A program made the translations under genes and the position numbers. Below, one piece after another: positions 1 through 9,310 of a stretch of 50,808 bases of DNA (position 1 is the first letter of the stretch; each line of letters starts with the position of its first letter). Source of the DNA: a virus (lineage: Duplodnaviria; Caudoviricetes). Location of the stretch: positions 1 through 50,808 of IMG/VR virus record IMGVR_UViG_3300034137_000033, one strand, 5' to 3'. The notes below the pieces were generated by a model, which was given only the letters and a program-made list of their open reading frames with translations, ran no database searches and was not told where the DNA came from.

Positions 1-39
1 GCGGAGCAAGATTCTGTTTGAGATAAGGGGTTTGCAAGC

Positions 40-68
40 TTGCTTCGAGGAAGCTGGATGTATATCCT
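40..68 (+). promoter_or_regulatory. Putative sigma70 promoter of the host tRNA-Leu gene
   Basis: TTGCTT (40-45), 17 bp spacer, TATCCT (63-68), 20 bp upstream of the tRNA 5' end. Confidence 0.5.
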
Positions 69-88
69 CCCTGCTCTTCTGCAACACC

Positions 89-127
89 GCCCCGATGGCG
101 AAATTGGTAGACGCAAGGGACTTAAAA
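89..127 (+). pseudogene. 5' half of host tRNA-Leu(UAA), interrupted by the prophage
   Basis: GCCCCGA-TG-GCG AAATTGGTAGA CGC-A-AGGGA-CTTAAAA. The sequence after 127 has no complementary anticodon strand, T-arm or CCA. It joins with 50691-50736 into a perfect 85-nt cloverleaf. Confidence 0.95.
119..127 (+). repeat. attL core GACTTAAAA (includes the 7-nt anticodon loop CTTAAAA)
   Basis: Identical to 50682-50690, and tRNA homology ends exactly here. Confidence 0.9.
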
Positions 128-256
128 GCATTTGAGTGTCAACACCCCTCGCATCACGCCCTCATCTTCCGTATCACCTCCACCACCCCGTAAACGCTAG
201 GCCTCGGCGCACCTTGTTGCCGAAAACATCAGCCTCCCCAAACCGACATTTTTTGT

Positions 257-278
257 CCTTGGTAGCTATTTGGGAGCT
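257..278 (+). repeat. Putative integrase arm-type sites (attL arm)
   Basis: TTGGTAGCT (259-267) and TTGGGAGCT (270-278). The same tandem motif recurs near attR at 50477-50508. Confidence 0.7.
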
Positions 279-418
279 GGAGCTCAAAATCAGGCCATCT
301 CTCGCCATCTTTCGACTGCTTATCTAAGCTCTCGACAAATTATTTTTCATCTTTCTCAAAAATATTTTCTTACAGATTCCGGCTCCCAAGCCATCGCCCC
401 GAGCTTTCTGCAGGCGAT

Positions 419-447
419 AAAAAACCCGGTCGCTGGGCCAGGTTTTT
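419..447. terminator. Likely bidirectional intrinsic terminator downstream of the excisionase-like gene
   Basis: A6, GC-rich imperfect stem-loop, T5. Confidence 0.65.
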
Positions 448-518
448 GGGGAGTGCCAGGGCGTCGTGCCAGAGCCTCGATGAGCATCGTGCTCGCAGGT
501 GTTTCAGGTAATGATGTC

Positions 519-707
519 TTAGGCTGGGCAGTACATCGTCTGCGAAAAGCGCACTACGTCTTCACGCTTGTAAAAGACTCGGCGAGTGATGTGCTTATGA
601 GCTGGGAGATCATCCTTGAACTTTCCGATGTAGCGCCAGAATCGCAGCGTCTCGGCAGACACACCAAGAATTTCCGCAGCTTCGCGGGGGTTCAGATATT
701 CCGACAT
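519..707 (-). CDS. Excisionase/recombination directionality factor (HTH_17/AlpA-like)
   Basis: 62 aa, YLNPREAAEILGVSAETLRFWR...VFYKREDV wHTH pattern, AAGGAAAG RBS, next to attL. Confidence 0.85.
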   Translation of the reverse strand: MSEYLNPREAAEILGVSAETLRFWRYIGKFKDDLPAHKHITRRVFYKREDVVRFSQTMYCPA

Positions 708-886
708 TCATCTTTCCTTTTATACGCGTTGAGATTGCAAACCAGGGTCTCTACCCCCGACTTGTCAATTCACGGTAATTGTTTGGAAAGTGGCCGTCAA
801 GGCGCAGCAGCAGACTTTTCATAGTATGCTAACACCATACCTTTAATAATTATGGGTCTATTAAAAGCATACTGTTTACCGGACAT

Positions 887-925
887 AAAAAAGCCCCGAC
901 AGGTATGAGAGAGACTGTCAGGGCT
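887..925 (-). terminator. Intrinsic terminator downstream of the primase gene
   Basis: AGCCCTGACAG...CTGTCGGGGCT stem followed by a U-run on the minus strand. Confidence 0.6.
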
Positions 926-1023
926 ACATGATTGAAGGAAAAAAGGAGGTAAACCCTCAATCACAACTAATTATAACATGGCAGATTATATAGTGTGTGA
1001 TTTTTACTCCTTTTGTTATCAAA

Positions 1024-2322
1024 TTAAAGCGTATTTATGTGCAGGTCTCCGATTTCGTTTTGAGCCTTGAATCCGTTAGTGCCAGGTTTGTATTTGATGC
1101 GAGCCATTACTATGGCACCCTCTGCTTTCATAACATCCTGAAGCTGTTCCATCGGAGTCTTTGTGGCTTTCGCGATCTTCTGGATTGTTGAGTTGCTGAT
1201 TTTTATAGCCATATCGCTGTTTCCCCTGCCATACACTCTATGCCAAAAGTGACGACCTGCGTGCTCGCCTGACATCACTTGCAACTCCATCAGGATTGTT
1301 TCGCCGCCGCTTTTGGTTGGCTTGCTGTTGAATGACTTGAATTTGATCATCGCATCATGAGTTGGCATTGCCTCAGTTGACTGCGACTTTTTGACGACAA
1401 TAGCTGTATCGACCTGCTTCTTAAATTTTCTACGGATTGAGTTGATGTGAGACTTCGCGAAGATCTGACAGGAGCGCCATGCAGCTGCATCTTGTGACTC
1501 GCCAGGTCGCGGCCTGTTTCGTGGGTATTGCATGTCGCGGAAGTACGGATCGTCTGAGTGCTCAGTGTTATCGAACTCGAACAACCTTCTTGCGATTTCC
1601 TCTTCTGTAGCTGAAGTGATCATTCCGCCGACAATTCGATTGAGTTCGTAAGAACGTCCACGGGCTCCGGTGTTGCCGGTTGCCTTGCGTGACTCTCCTG
1701 GCTTGTAAGTCATGCTTAGTCCGTAGCTGGACTGCTGAAGCTTCAGCTCAAGCACTTCGACAGGGTCGCCTGGGTTGTAAAAGCTGATTGCATGAGCAAG
1801 GCGATCAGGATGCGCGGTGTAGACGTAGTAGCACTGCGACGGGACTCTCCAGCACGGGTCAATTGCACGCAAGAGCCTGCCATCGAGAAAGCTGTCCAGG
1901 TTCTCCATCATCGCGGCACAGATCTGGTTGTGCTCTTCATGGAAGTACGGTCGGTCAGGAGTGATTACCACACGGAACCTTGGCGCGCTTAGGGTGTGGC
2001 TGTGGCTCGTATAGAGGAAGTGCTCAAGACCCAGGTCAAGGAGCGCGTCCTCGATCTCTTCAAGCGCGATCATGTCGTCGTCATACCCCTCACCAAGTTT
2101 CTGGTCGATGTCGAAGATGATCAAAGAAGACGAGACCACATTGAGGTCGCTGCGCGCCGGGATGTTAAAACTGGCCGGTACGAACGTCATGGCATTCGTT
2201 TTCTCGACCAAAACCTTTGGCTGTTCAAAGTGCTTTTCGAACAGCGTTTTTAATGAGTCAGCTGACTTGTTCGAAACGTAGTTCGTTGAGGCAGTCGTCT
2301 GTGTTGCATATCTAATGGTCAT
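1024..2322 (-). CDS. AEP/PrimPol-type primase with C-terminal DUF669-like (OB/SSB-like) domain
   Basis: IIFDID (DxD), LYTSHSH and PRFRVVI AEP motifs. C-terminal KPTKSGGE..LQVMSGEHAGRHFW..KAQNEI resembles DUF669. Confidence 0.7.
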   Translation of the reverse strand: MTIRYATQTTASTNYVSNKSADSLKTLFEKHFEQPKVLVEKTNAMTFVPASFNIPARSDLNVVSSSLIIFDIDQKLGEGYDDDMIALEEIEDALLDLGLEHFLYTSHSHTLSAPRFRVVITPDRPYFHEEHNQICAAMMENLDSFLDGRLLRAIDPCWRVPSQCYYVYTAHPDRLAHAISFYNPGDPVEVLELKLQQSSYGLSMTYKPGESRKATGNTGARGRSYELNRIVGGMITSATEEEIARRLFEFDNTEHSDDPYFRDMQYPRNRPRPGESQDAAAWRSCQIFAKSHINSIRRKFKKQVDTAIVVKKSQSTEAMPTHDAMIKFKSFNSKPTKSGGETILMELQVMSGEHAGRHFWHRVYGRGNSDMAIKISNSTIQKIAKATKTPMEQLQDVMKAEGAIVMARIKYKPGTNGFKAQNEIGDLHINTL

Positions 2323-2344
2323 TTGCTCTTTCCTTTTCTTTTGA

Positions 2345-2387
2345 GGCTCTCTCTTGCCTCGATGTATTCAGTATTCAAAATGAGCAA
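2345..2387 (-). promoter_or_regulatory. Leftward promoter/operator, a mirror copy of 2711-2754
   Basis: Reverse complement reads TTGCTCATTTTGAATACT-N3-TACATC-N7-GAGAGAGCC. Confidence 0.6.
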
Positions 2388-2532
2388 AGATGGGCGCAAC
2401 TACTTTTTTATTTATTTGGGCTGCCGAGAGCTTAGGGCAGCTGTTGAGTGTGTGTCTTCCGTATTTCTGCGCTGAGCTCAGCTTCAAGGGGGTTCACAAA
2501 AAGTTTTTCTTAGTCATGCTGGGGTAAGCAGC

Positions 2533-2632
2533 CACCCCATCTACCTGTCTTCACTTTCTTATTTCTTATAAATAGAGAGGTAGTAGATGGGGTGATGGGA
2601 CAATAAAACCGTTGGTTCAGAGAAACGCTTTT
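2533..2632. repeat. Palindrome-AT-rich-palindrome element, copy 1 (candidate origin)
   Basis: 12-bp inverted repeat CACCCCATCTAC (2533-2544) / GTAGATGGGGTG (2583-2594) around an AT-rich spacer, followed by AGAGAAACGCTTTT (2619-2632). Confidence 0.6.
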
Positions 2633-2710
2633 GATCTGCCCTGTCTGGATATAGGTATACCCAAGTTAATTATTTTTGCCTAACTTGCAATAAGCATCTT
2701 GTTTCACTGC

Positions 2711-2754
2711 TTGCTCATTTTGAATACTAGCTACATCAGGGGAATGAGAGAGCC
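2711..2754 (+). promoter_or_regulatory. Rightward promoter/operator, a mirror copy of 2345-2387
   Basis: TTGCTCATTTTGAATACT-N3-TACATC-N8-GAGAGAGCC. Confidence 0.6.
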
Positions 2755-2776
2755 CCTAAAATTGAGGAAATACATA

Positions 2777-5056
2777 ATGAACAATGCAACTTCATCACAA
2801 ACTGTCATCATCGAGAACAACAAGGACGCACTTGCTGTTGCTCTTGAGCTCAGAGAGTACAAAAACACTACTCGACTGATGACTATCGACGGAAACGTCC
2901 TGAACGCTGTCTCAGTAGCCTATAAAACAGCTTCTGGACTACACAGCGCTAACGACGGTCAGATCACCCGGTCGATTTACAACATGTCAAAGATCGCAAT
3001 CGCCTTGATGATCGTTAAAGCTGACAGCAGCGACAAAGCCTTTGACACAGCAGCGTTCGAAATCGCCCGTGACGTATTTGTATCCGGGAAAACCCAGGAG
3101 AAAGCTCAGGCACTCGCTGAAGCAACTGGACGCACTCAAGACGCATGCACTTCGGAGATCAACAGCAAGCTCGAATTCCTGACGGGCAGGATGAACTCTA
3201 AGACCAACCCCCTGACCGACGCCGGGGTGAATATCGAAAGCATGGAAGCCATTCGTGATGAGTTTCTTGTGTCAGGCGGCAAGTTTTTGGTGTGTGCCGG
3301 AACTGGCGAAGGCAAGTCGTCAAAGATCAACCAGCCCGTCATCCAACGCTACATCGACACCGGCAGAAAAGTTCTGGTGATCTCCCACAGGCGCTCGATC
3401 AACAAAACCCTGGCCAACATCGAGGGCATCGTCAGCTACGACGAGTGCAACGATCCCAGCGACCTGCAAAACGCAAAAGGCCTGAAGATTGTCGTCAACT
3501 CGCTCACTGCACTGAAATTCAAACGCTTCATCCAGTCAGTCGACTTGGTTGTCATCGACGAAGCTTCCCAAGTGATCTCGCACGTCCTGGGCGGCGAAGT
3601 AAAAAACCGCCAGGCTGTCTGGGAAACCCTGAATTTTGTCGTCAAAAACACGCCAAACGTCATCATGGCGGACGCTGACATCGACGCACGTTGCGCAGAG
3701 ATGATCGGGCCTGGCTACAAGCTTTTCAAGAAGCCAACTGCTCACGCTGGTATTACTGTGCAGATCGGCGACATCAACCACGTGCGTGCCCTTGCCGTAG
3801 AGGCTGCTACTGGCAGAAAAGCTGATCCTGCGAACGATATTACTGAGCTAGCGGCTACGACCGTGCTGATTGCTTGTGACGCCGTAAAAGAGGCAATGGC
3901 CCTTGCCAAAGCCATCGAGAAGCAAGGTGGCCCTGCGGCGCTGGTAGTCACCGCTGACAACGCTCAGTGGCCAGAGCAAGCTGCCTTCATCGCGAACCCA
4001 AATGTATCGAGTCACAGGGTCGTCATCTACAGTCCTGTGATCACTTCAGCCCTGTCGATCACTTCCGGCCACTTCAAAGCTCACTTCGGGGTGTTCCAAG
4101 GCCAGGTGGTGCCAAGCGATGCGATCCAGATGCTTCGCCGCGACCGCACTGCCACGTCCTTTGTGGTAGGCATCAAACAACCCCAGTACAGCAAGTCTGA
4201 AGCTGTTGAGGCGGCGTACAAGTGCAAGCCCGTGTGCCTCGACGACCTGCTCGCGACCCTGAGCTTCAAGGAAGGCGAACGAGCTAAAGCCGAAGCTCTC
4301 GTGCGATCAGAACTCAGTGCTCTGCAGTTCCAGTTCCTGGAGTACACGCATCGCAAAAACGAAGCCTGGTTGCGCGACAACATTCAAAGCACGTTGCCTG
4401 CCAGCCTCTTGGCACGTGGATTCGCTGTCGAGGTTCTGGAGCATGACGATGACCTATCTCTGGCCGGATTCAAAGCAGACAGTCAGTCCCGCAAGGCTGT
4501 TAAGCGTGACGTAGCCAAAGGCCTCAATCACGCCGTCAAGGCTGACCCAGTGACTGCTCAGCGTGTACAAGAGTTCGGCTCGGTAAATGAACAGGAATAC
4601 TTGGAGGCGTCTCGTGCAAGTGCAATTGAGGTGATGAAGGTATCGGACTTTGATCTGGGTGACGCGATGATCTGGGGGCATGGCGAAGGTGAATCCAAAA
4701 TCATCAAATTCCGTGAACTGATGAGCACCACCGAAGCCCTTGGCGCAACAGATGAGCGCAGCTCCAAACGAGTGATGGCCATGCTGAAGCCAGCTTTCGA
4801 GGTCATGACCACCGGCAACACATGGACGGGCACTGAAAGCGTTGCGCTGTTCGACACCTTGAACGCGATTCGCACTGACGTCCTCAAAGCCGGAATTAGG
4901 ATGAGCTCGGCAAAAAGCGATCAAGCCAAGAAAGCCGACATTACTAAGATCTTCAACCAGCTTGGACTTGTCGTCAAAAAGCACGAGACAACGAACAAGC
5001 AGTTCTTCTACACAATTAGCCCGAAATCACTGGCTCAAATGACCCGCTACATCTGA
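2777..5056 (+). CDS. Replication protein, SF2 helicase of the origin-binding (UL9/N15-RepA-like) type
   Basis: Walker A AGTGEGKS, SHRRS, Walker B VIDEASQ, MADAD, YSPVITSALSI, QMLRRDR. Start moved to ATG 2777 (GAGG RBS). Confidence 0.75.
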   Translation: MNNATSSQTVIIENNKDALAVALELREYKNTTRLMTIDGNVLNAVSVAYKTASGLHSANDGQITRSIYNMSKIAIALMIVKADSSDKAFDTAAFEIARDVFVSGKTQEKAQALAEATGRTQDACTSEINSKLEFLTGRMNSKTNPLTDAGVNIESMEAIRDEFLVSGGKFLVCAGTGEGKSSKINQPVIQRYIDTGRKVLVISHRRSINKTLANIEGIVSYDECNDPSDLQNAKGLKIVVNSLTALKFKRFIQSVDLVVIDEASQVISHVLGGEVKNRQAVWETLNFVVKNTPNVIMADADIDARCAEMIGPGYKLFKKPTAHAGITVQIGDINHVRALAVEAATGRKADPANDITELAATTVLIACDAVKEAMALAKAIEKQGGPAALVVTADNAQWPEQAAFIANPNVSSHRVVIYSPVITSALSITSGHFKAHFGVFQGQVVPSDAIQMLRRDRTATSFVVGIKQPQYSKSEAVEAAYKCKPVCLDDLLATLSFKEGERAKAEALVRSELSALQFQFLEYTHRKNEAWLRDNIQSTLPASLLARGFAVEVLEHDDDLSLAGFKADSQSRKAVKRDVAKGLNHAVKADPVTAQRVQEFGSVNEQEYLEASRASAIEVMKVSDFDLGDAMIWGHGEGESKIIKFRELMSTTEALGATDERSSKRVMAMLKPAFEVMTTGNTWTGTESVALFDTLNAIRTDVLKAGIRMSSAKSDQAKKADITKIFNQLGLVVKKHETTNKQFFYTISPKSLAQMTRYI

Positions 5057-5126
5057 TTCATCAAGCGCCATGGAGGGCGCATTAATATACCCAATATAAA
5101 TATTTCGACAAACTTGCTCTGCGCTA

Positions 5127-5155
5127 TTGAATGGCCAAATGCTCATATTTATTAT
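5127..5155 (+). promoter_or_regulatory. sigma70-like promoter
   Basis: TTGAAT-17 bp-TATTAT, same layout as 44574-44602. Confidence 0.6.
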
Positions 5156-5191
5156 GGAAGGTATAGCAAGAATAAAAAAAGGAAAAGCTAT

Positions 5192-5863
5192 ATGACTGCG
5201 TTTATTGACCTGAGCAACACCTCATATACTGATGAAATCGACATGACTGAAGTCGATGAAGTTAGGACATGCTTGCTCAAGCCCTGGGGATTCAAAGAGC
5301 TCAACAGAGACCTACTTCGAAACATTGCAGAGACTTGTCTTATCGCATTGCACAAGGTCGCATGGAACGAACATAACGCACAGCGATTCAACAACAAGGT
5401 CGTCACGCAAGATGATGTTATCTTTCAGCCATCTCTGCCACCTGTACCAAGGCCATACCGTAGCTGGCCTGAAGCGTATATCATGATCTTCGGTGGTCTT
5501 CAGGATTGCGAGTACGAACCCAAAAGCTCAAAATTTAAGTATGTGACTGAGCACACGTACCAGCCCGACTCTGTCGACCCAACCAATCCTAAGATCGTTT
5601 TCGAAATTAAGGGGGTCATTCCCACCCTGGTTGACGCCAAGAAGTACAGATCAGTCGCCGAGCAAAACGGCATCTACATCATATTCATCCTCCAAGAGAA
5701 GGACATCATCTGCCCATGGTCTAGACCCCGTAAGGATGGCACTCGGATGACTCTGGAAGAGTGGATGGGTAAGGAGAAGTTCGAATACTGCTACCAGGGC
5801 GAGGAAGACGCTTTTCGTAAGACGGATAAGTATAGGAAGCTAGTCGCCACATTCGGCAAGTAA
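5192..5863 (+). CDS. PD-(D/E)xK endonuclease, T7 endonuclease I-like
   Basis: EHTYQPD...VFEIKG...KKYRSV...IIFIL motif. Start ATG 5192. Confidence 0.7.
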   Translation: MTAFIDLSNTSYTDEIDMTEVDEVRTCLLKPWGFKELNRDLLRNIAETCLIALHKVAWNEHNAQRFNNKVVTQDDVIFQPSLPPVPRPYRSWPEAYIMIFGGLQDCEYEPKSSKFKYVTEHTYQPDSVDPTNPKIVFEIKGVIPTLVDAKKYRSVAEQNGIYIIFILQEKDIICPWSRPRKDGTRMTLEEWMGKEKFEYCYQGEEDAFRKTDKYRKLVATFGK

Positions 5864-5895
5864 TACTGCAACACCAAACATGACTTACAGAACAC

Positions 5896-5920
5896 AAGGG
5901 CCATGATGGCTCTTTTTTTT
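5896..5920 (+). terminator. Intrinsic terminator
   Basis: AGGGCCAT-G-ATGGCTCT stem followed by a T-run. Confidence 0.65.
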
Positions 5921-5997
5921 GCTTAAATTTTGCGCACAAATAAAGCCTTTATATTAGTGTTACAATATCTGCATAAGAATAATAATAAGAGCGCGAC

Positions 5998-6519
5998 ATG
6001 CGAAGAATTCTTGGGGTCGATCCTGGCAAGGATGGCGGTTTATCTATCATCGATGAGCAATTCAATCTGATTGCGTCTATGCCTATGCCTGTAATCCTCG
6101 GGATCAAGAACAAAAGGAAAAGCAACAAGGTTACTAAGTTGCGTGTTGATCCTCTTCAGGTCTATGAATTCATTAGTCGCTACAAGCCCGAGATGGCAGT
6201 GGTTGAACTGGTAGGGTCGATGACTGGTGATGGTGGCGCCTCAATGTTTAGCTTCGGCGATTCATATGGAGTTGTGCGCTCACTTGCCGAGGCTTTGTGT
6301 CCTCAGGTTATCTATGCCAGGCCACAAGACTGGAAGCGCTTTCAAGGTCTATCAGGGCTCTCCAAGGAACAGGTTGCCGAGGTCGCCTACGAGGTCTTTG
6401 GCGAAGAGCAGATTTACGGCAAGCCATATAAGCGTAATGGACAAGTTAAACGTAGGGCCTTCGACGGTATATCGGACTCCTTGATGATCGCCAAATACGG
6501 CGTGAGATTCCTGGAGTAA
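5998..6519 (+). CDS. RuvC-like Holliday junction resolvase (phage type)
   Basis: ILGVDPGKDGG, AVVE, MFSFGDSYG, RPQDWK, DSLMIA. Confidence 0.8.
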   Translation: MRRILGVDPGKDGGLSIIDEQFNLIASMPMPVILGIKNKRKSNKVTKLRVDPLQVYEFISRYKPEMAVVELVGSMTGDGGASMFSFGDSYGVVRSLAEALCPQVIYARPQDWKRFQGLSGLSKEQVAEVAYEVFGEEQIYGKPYKRNGQVKRRAFDGISDSLMIAKYGVRFLE

Positions 6520-6522
6520 GCC

Positions 6523-7032
6523 ATGAGTCGCACGCGCATGCTTGATAAGAAGCTTCTCCGTGAAATCGTGAAAGGTGTCGAAAGAACCTCCACGGTCGAG
6601 CTCGCCTGCGCGATTGCCAAGATTTCTGAAGCGGCATTTTACAAGTGGCAGGCTATGGGCCGAGAGCTGTTAGAGACCATTGAGCAAGGCAATGATATCG
6701 ATGCTGCCGACGAGATTTACGTCGAGTTTGTGGAGTCGATTGAGCGTGCTCGATACATTTCGTGCCTCCCTGCTGTGGATACCATCCAGAAAGCAATCAA
6801 GATGGGTGACGTGAAGGCAGCGGAAAAATTCCTGTCACGCCGTATGCCTGGTCAGTTCGGTGACTACGAGCGCAAAGAGGTCACGATTAAAAGTGATTCC
6901 AACCTTGATGACGGCACTGGCATCGCTCTGGTTACTACGCTAGCTGCCGGCCAAGACCTGGATCAGCTACTCCAACAACAGCAATCCGACGCGCTTTTGC
7001 TCGCAAAAACAAAAACAAGTGAACTCTCATAA
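6523..7032 (+). CDS. Terminase small subunit (putative)
   Basis: N-terminal HTH (ACAIAKISEAAFYKW), FVESIERAR, AAEKFLSRR..FG. Lies upstream of the large subunit. Confidence 0.65.
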   Translation: MSRTRMLDKKLLREIVKGVERTSTVELACAIAKISEAAFYKWQAMGRELLETIEQGNDIDAADEIYVEFVESIERARYISCLPAVDTIQKAIKMGDVKAAEKFLSRRMPGQFGDYERKEVTIKSDSNLDDGTGIALVTTLAAGQDLDQLLQQQQSDALLLAKTKTSELS

Positions 7033-7051
7033 TAATAAGAAAGGCATTCAA

Positions 7052-7678
7052 ATGATTAAGCAAAGAAGTTGGGGCGATTGCGGGGTTGCTGCCCTGGCAA
7101 ACTCGATCAGGTTTTCTCCGTCGTACGAAGCAGCTTTGGAGATGCTTGGTGGTCGTGATTGCGGTATTACAATGCAAGAAATTTGCTCGGCTATTTACGA
7201 CAAAGGAAATGCCTTACCTCTTTACCTACCGCTTGACGGATTTGGGGCTGAGGCAAATATCTCTAACGCCAGAACATCCGATTTCAAAGAAACACTGGGG
7301 AAGTTTAAAGCTCACAATGGGAATAAGCGTGCAATCCTTCAAGTGAAGACAAAGTCCGGGATGCTTCATTTCATTTATTTTGATGGAGAAAATATCCATG
7401 ACCCATCTCCGTCAGCTCCACCTAGCCCGGACTTTAGTAATTACGAATCTGTGATTGATGGGGTCTTCCTGCTCGACATTTACCATTCAGGCGGCATGAT
7501 CTCCAGCAAGTCTGGTGAAAAGACCGCTGCCCAGAAGATCGCGGAGTACGAGGCTGCTCGAACAATCACGATTACTAACACAGTACAGGAGTCCCTTGAG
7601 CCCCAGGCGGGCTGTTTTATCAGTTACGGACGCGGGCCAGCCCCCACCCGCAGGTGGATTACGGACAAAGGTTTGTGA
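7052..7678 (+). CDS. C39-like cysteine peptidase domain protein
   Basis: KQRSWGDCGVAALA (Q..C), HFIYFDG (H), IHDP (D). Start ATG 7052 after an AATAATAAG leader. Confidence 0.65.
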   Translation: MIKQRSWGDCGVAALANSIRFSPSYEAALEMLGGRDCGITMQEICSAIYDKGNALPLYLPLDGFGAEANISNARTSDFKETLGKFKAHNGNKRAILQVKTKSGMLHFIYFDGENIHDPSPSAPPSPDFSNYESVIDGVFLLDIYHSGGMISSKSGEKTAAQKIAEYEAARTITITNTVQESLEPQAGCFISYGRGPAPTRRWITDKGL

Positions 7679-7783
7679 TCAAACAGTGCCAGGCGCTTGT
7701 GCGCAAACAGGCTGTTTCGTGTGCGGTACGGGAAGGTGCTTTGTGATCCGTATACGGGACACTAAGGCCGGAAAGGTGCGCTT

Positions 7784-9310
7784 ATGAGCTCTTTCGGGAA
7801 CCTTACGCAGATCGCTAAGGCGACTAGGCGCGTCCTATGGGAACCCATCCCCGGCGCAGGTGGTGGGCTCAGCTCTCAAGGCATGCTGCTCATCACCGGC
7901 CAACCTCGGAACCTGGTCAAAGAGGTTCTGTTTCATGGGTCTCGGGGTAACGGGAAGTCGGAATGTCTGTTGATGGCTTTCGGTCAACATGTTGGCCAAG
8001 GTTGGGGCAGCTACTGGCGCGGAGTGATCCTGCGTCGGCAGTTCTCGTCCCTGAAGGACTTGATCGTCAAGAGTCACAGGCTTTTCCCAAAGCTGTTCCC
8101 AGGAGCTACGTACAACAAGTCAATGCGCGAGTGGACGTTCCCGACCGGTGAAGTTCTGATCTTCGATTACATCGAGAAAAAGGAGCAGTACGAGGCGAAG
8201 TTCCACGGCCAGGAATACAGCTTTATCGGCTGGGATGAGCTCACGACTTGGGCTACGGACGAGATCTACGAGTCCATGATGTCGACGCTCCGGACGTCCT
8301 ACCAGCCCACCAAAGCCCAGCCACTCATGCCACCCCTGCAGGTCAGGTCGACCACGAACCCCTGGGGTGTCGGTAAGCGCTGGGTTAAAGCCAGGTTTAT
8401 TGACGGCAAAATCAGCGGTCAGATTGAGTACAAAAATGGGCAGCGCGACAAGTGCGCGATTTTTGGCACGGTGTTCGAAAACCCGCATTTGAATGACGAG
8501 TACAAGCATTGGCTCCGGACGATCAGTGACCCTGCGAAGCGTGCGTCGTGGCTGCTAGGGGATTGGGAAGCTGTCGATGACACTGCGATGTTCGCGGCGC
8601 TCTGGAAGAAGGATGTGTTGCTCATGCAGCCATTCACGATCCCAGCGCACTGGAAAGTCGAGCGCTCCTTCGACTACGGGCAGTCCACACCTTTCTGTTG
8701 CCTTTGGACGGCTGAGACTAATGGCGAGTCTGTCTTAATCAACGGCAAGCCCTTCTGCCCACCCAAGGGCTCGATCATCGTCGTTGGTGAGGATTACGGC
8801 ACCCCCCTCAATCCAGACGGTACTCAGCAGAAGCGTGACCTCGGTCTGTTCATGAGTGCCGGCAATATTGGCAAACGTCTCAAGCAACGTGAGCTGAAGC
8901 TTCAGGAAACCATTCTGCAGAACCATCCGAAGGTCACTCCAGGCCCAGCTGACAATCAAATTTATAACGGCAGCAAGGTTGATCAGGGTAGCGCTCCTAC
9001 AGTTGCGAAAGATCTAGCTGCAGAAGGCATGACCTTTGTGAACTCGGACAAATCGCCGGGCTCAAGGGTGACAAGTGCCCAGCTGATGTTTGGTCGTTTG
9101 CAAGCAACTATTGAGCAAGATCCTGGTAAGCCACATATCTACTTCTTCACTAACTGTCGCTTCCTGAACTCGTCACTTCCTGAACTCCAGCGTGATGAAG
9201 ACCAGTTGGATAGCGTATCTAAGTGCGGGGATGACCATGCCTGGGATGCTCTCGCATATCGATTAACCTGGAAGCGCCCAGTAACTTCAATTCAACAAGG
9301 CATTCGCTAG
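7784..9310 (+). CDS. terL: Terminase large subunit
   Basis: GSRGNGKS Walker A, IGWDE Walker B, TTNP coupling motif, FDYG and DDHAWDALAY nuclease motifs. Confidence 0.95.
   Translation: MSSFGNLTQIAKATRRVLWEPIPGAGGGLSSQGMLLITGQPRNLVKEVLFHGSRGNGKSECLLMAFGQHVGQGWGSYWRGVILRRQFSSLKDLIVKSHRLFPKLFPGATYNKSMREWTFPTGEVLIFDYIEKKEQYEAKFHGQEYSFIGWDELTTWATDEIYESMMSTLRTSYQPTKAQPLMPPLQVRSTTNPWGVGKRWVKARFIDGKISGQIEYKNGQRDKCAIFGTVFENPHLNDEYKHWLRTISDPAKRASWLLGDWEAVDDTAMFAALWKKDVLLMQPFTIPAHWKVERSFDYGQSTPFCCLWTAETNGESVLINGKPFCPPKGSIIVVGEDYGTPLNPDGTQQKRDLGLFMSAGNIGKRLKQRELKLQETILQNHPKVTPGPADNQIYNGSKVDQGSAPTVAKDLAAEGMTFVNSDKSPGSRVTSAQLMFGRLQATIEQDPGKPHIYFFTNCRFLNSSLPELQRDEDQLDSVSKCGDDHAWDALAYRLTWKRPVTSIQQGIR

Noticed and set aside
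136-824. Plus-strand ORFs 136-327 and 270-824
   Set aside because: They span att arm sites and a terminator and lie antisense to the convincing xis-like gene. No RBS or motif.
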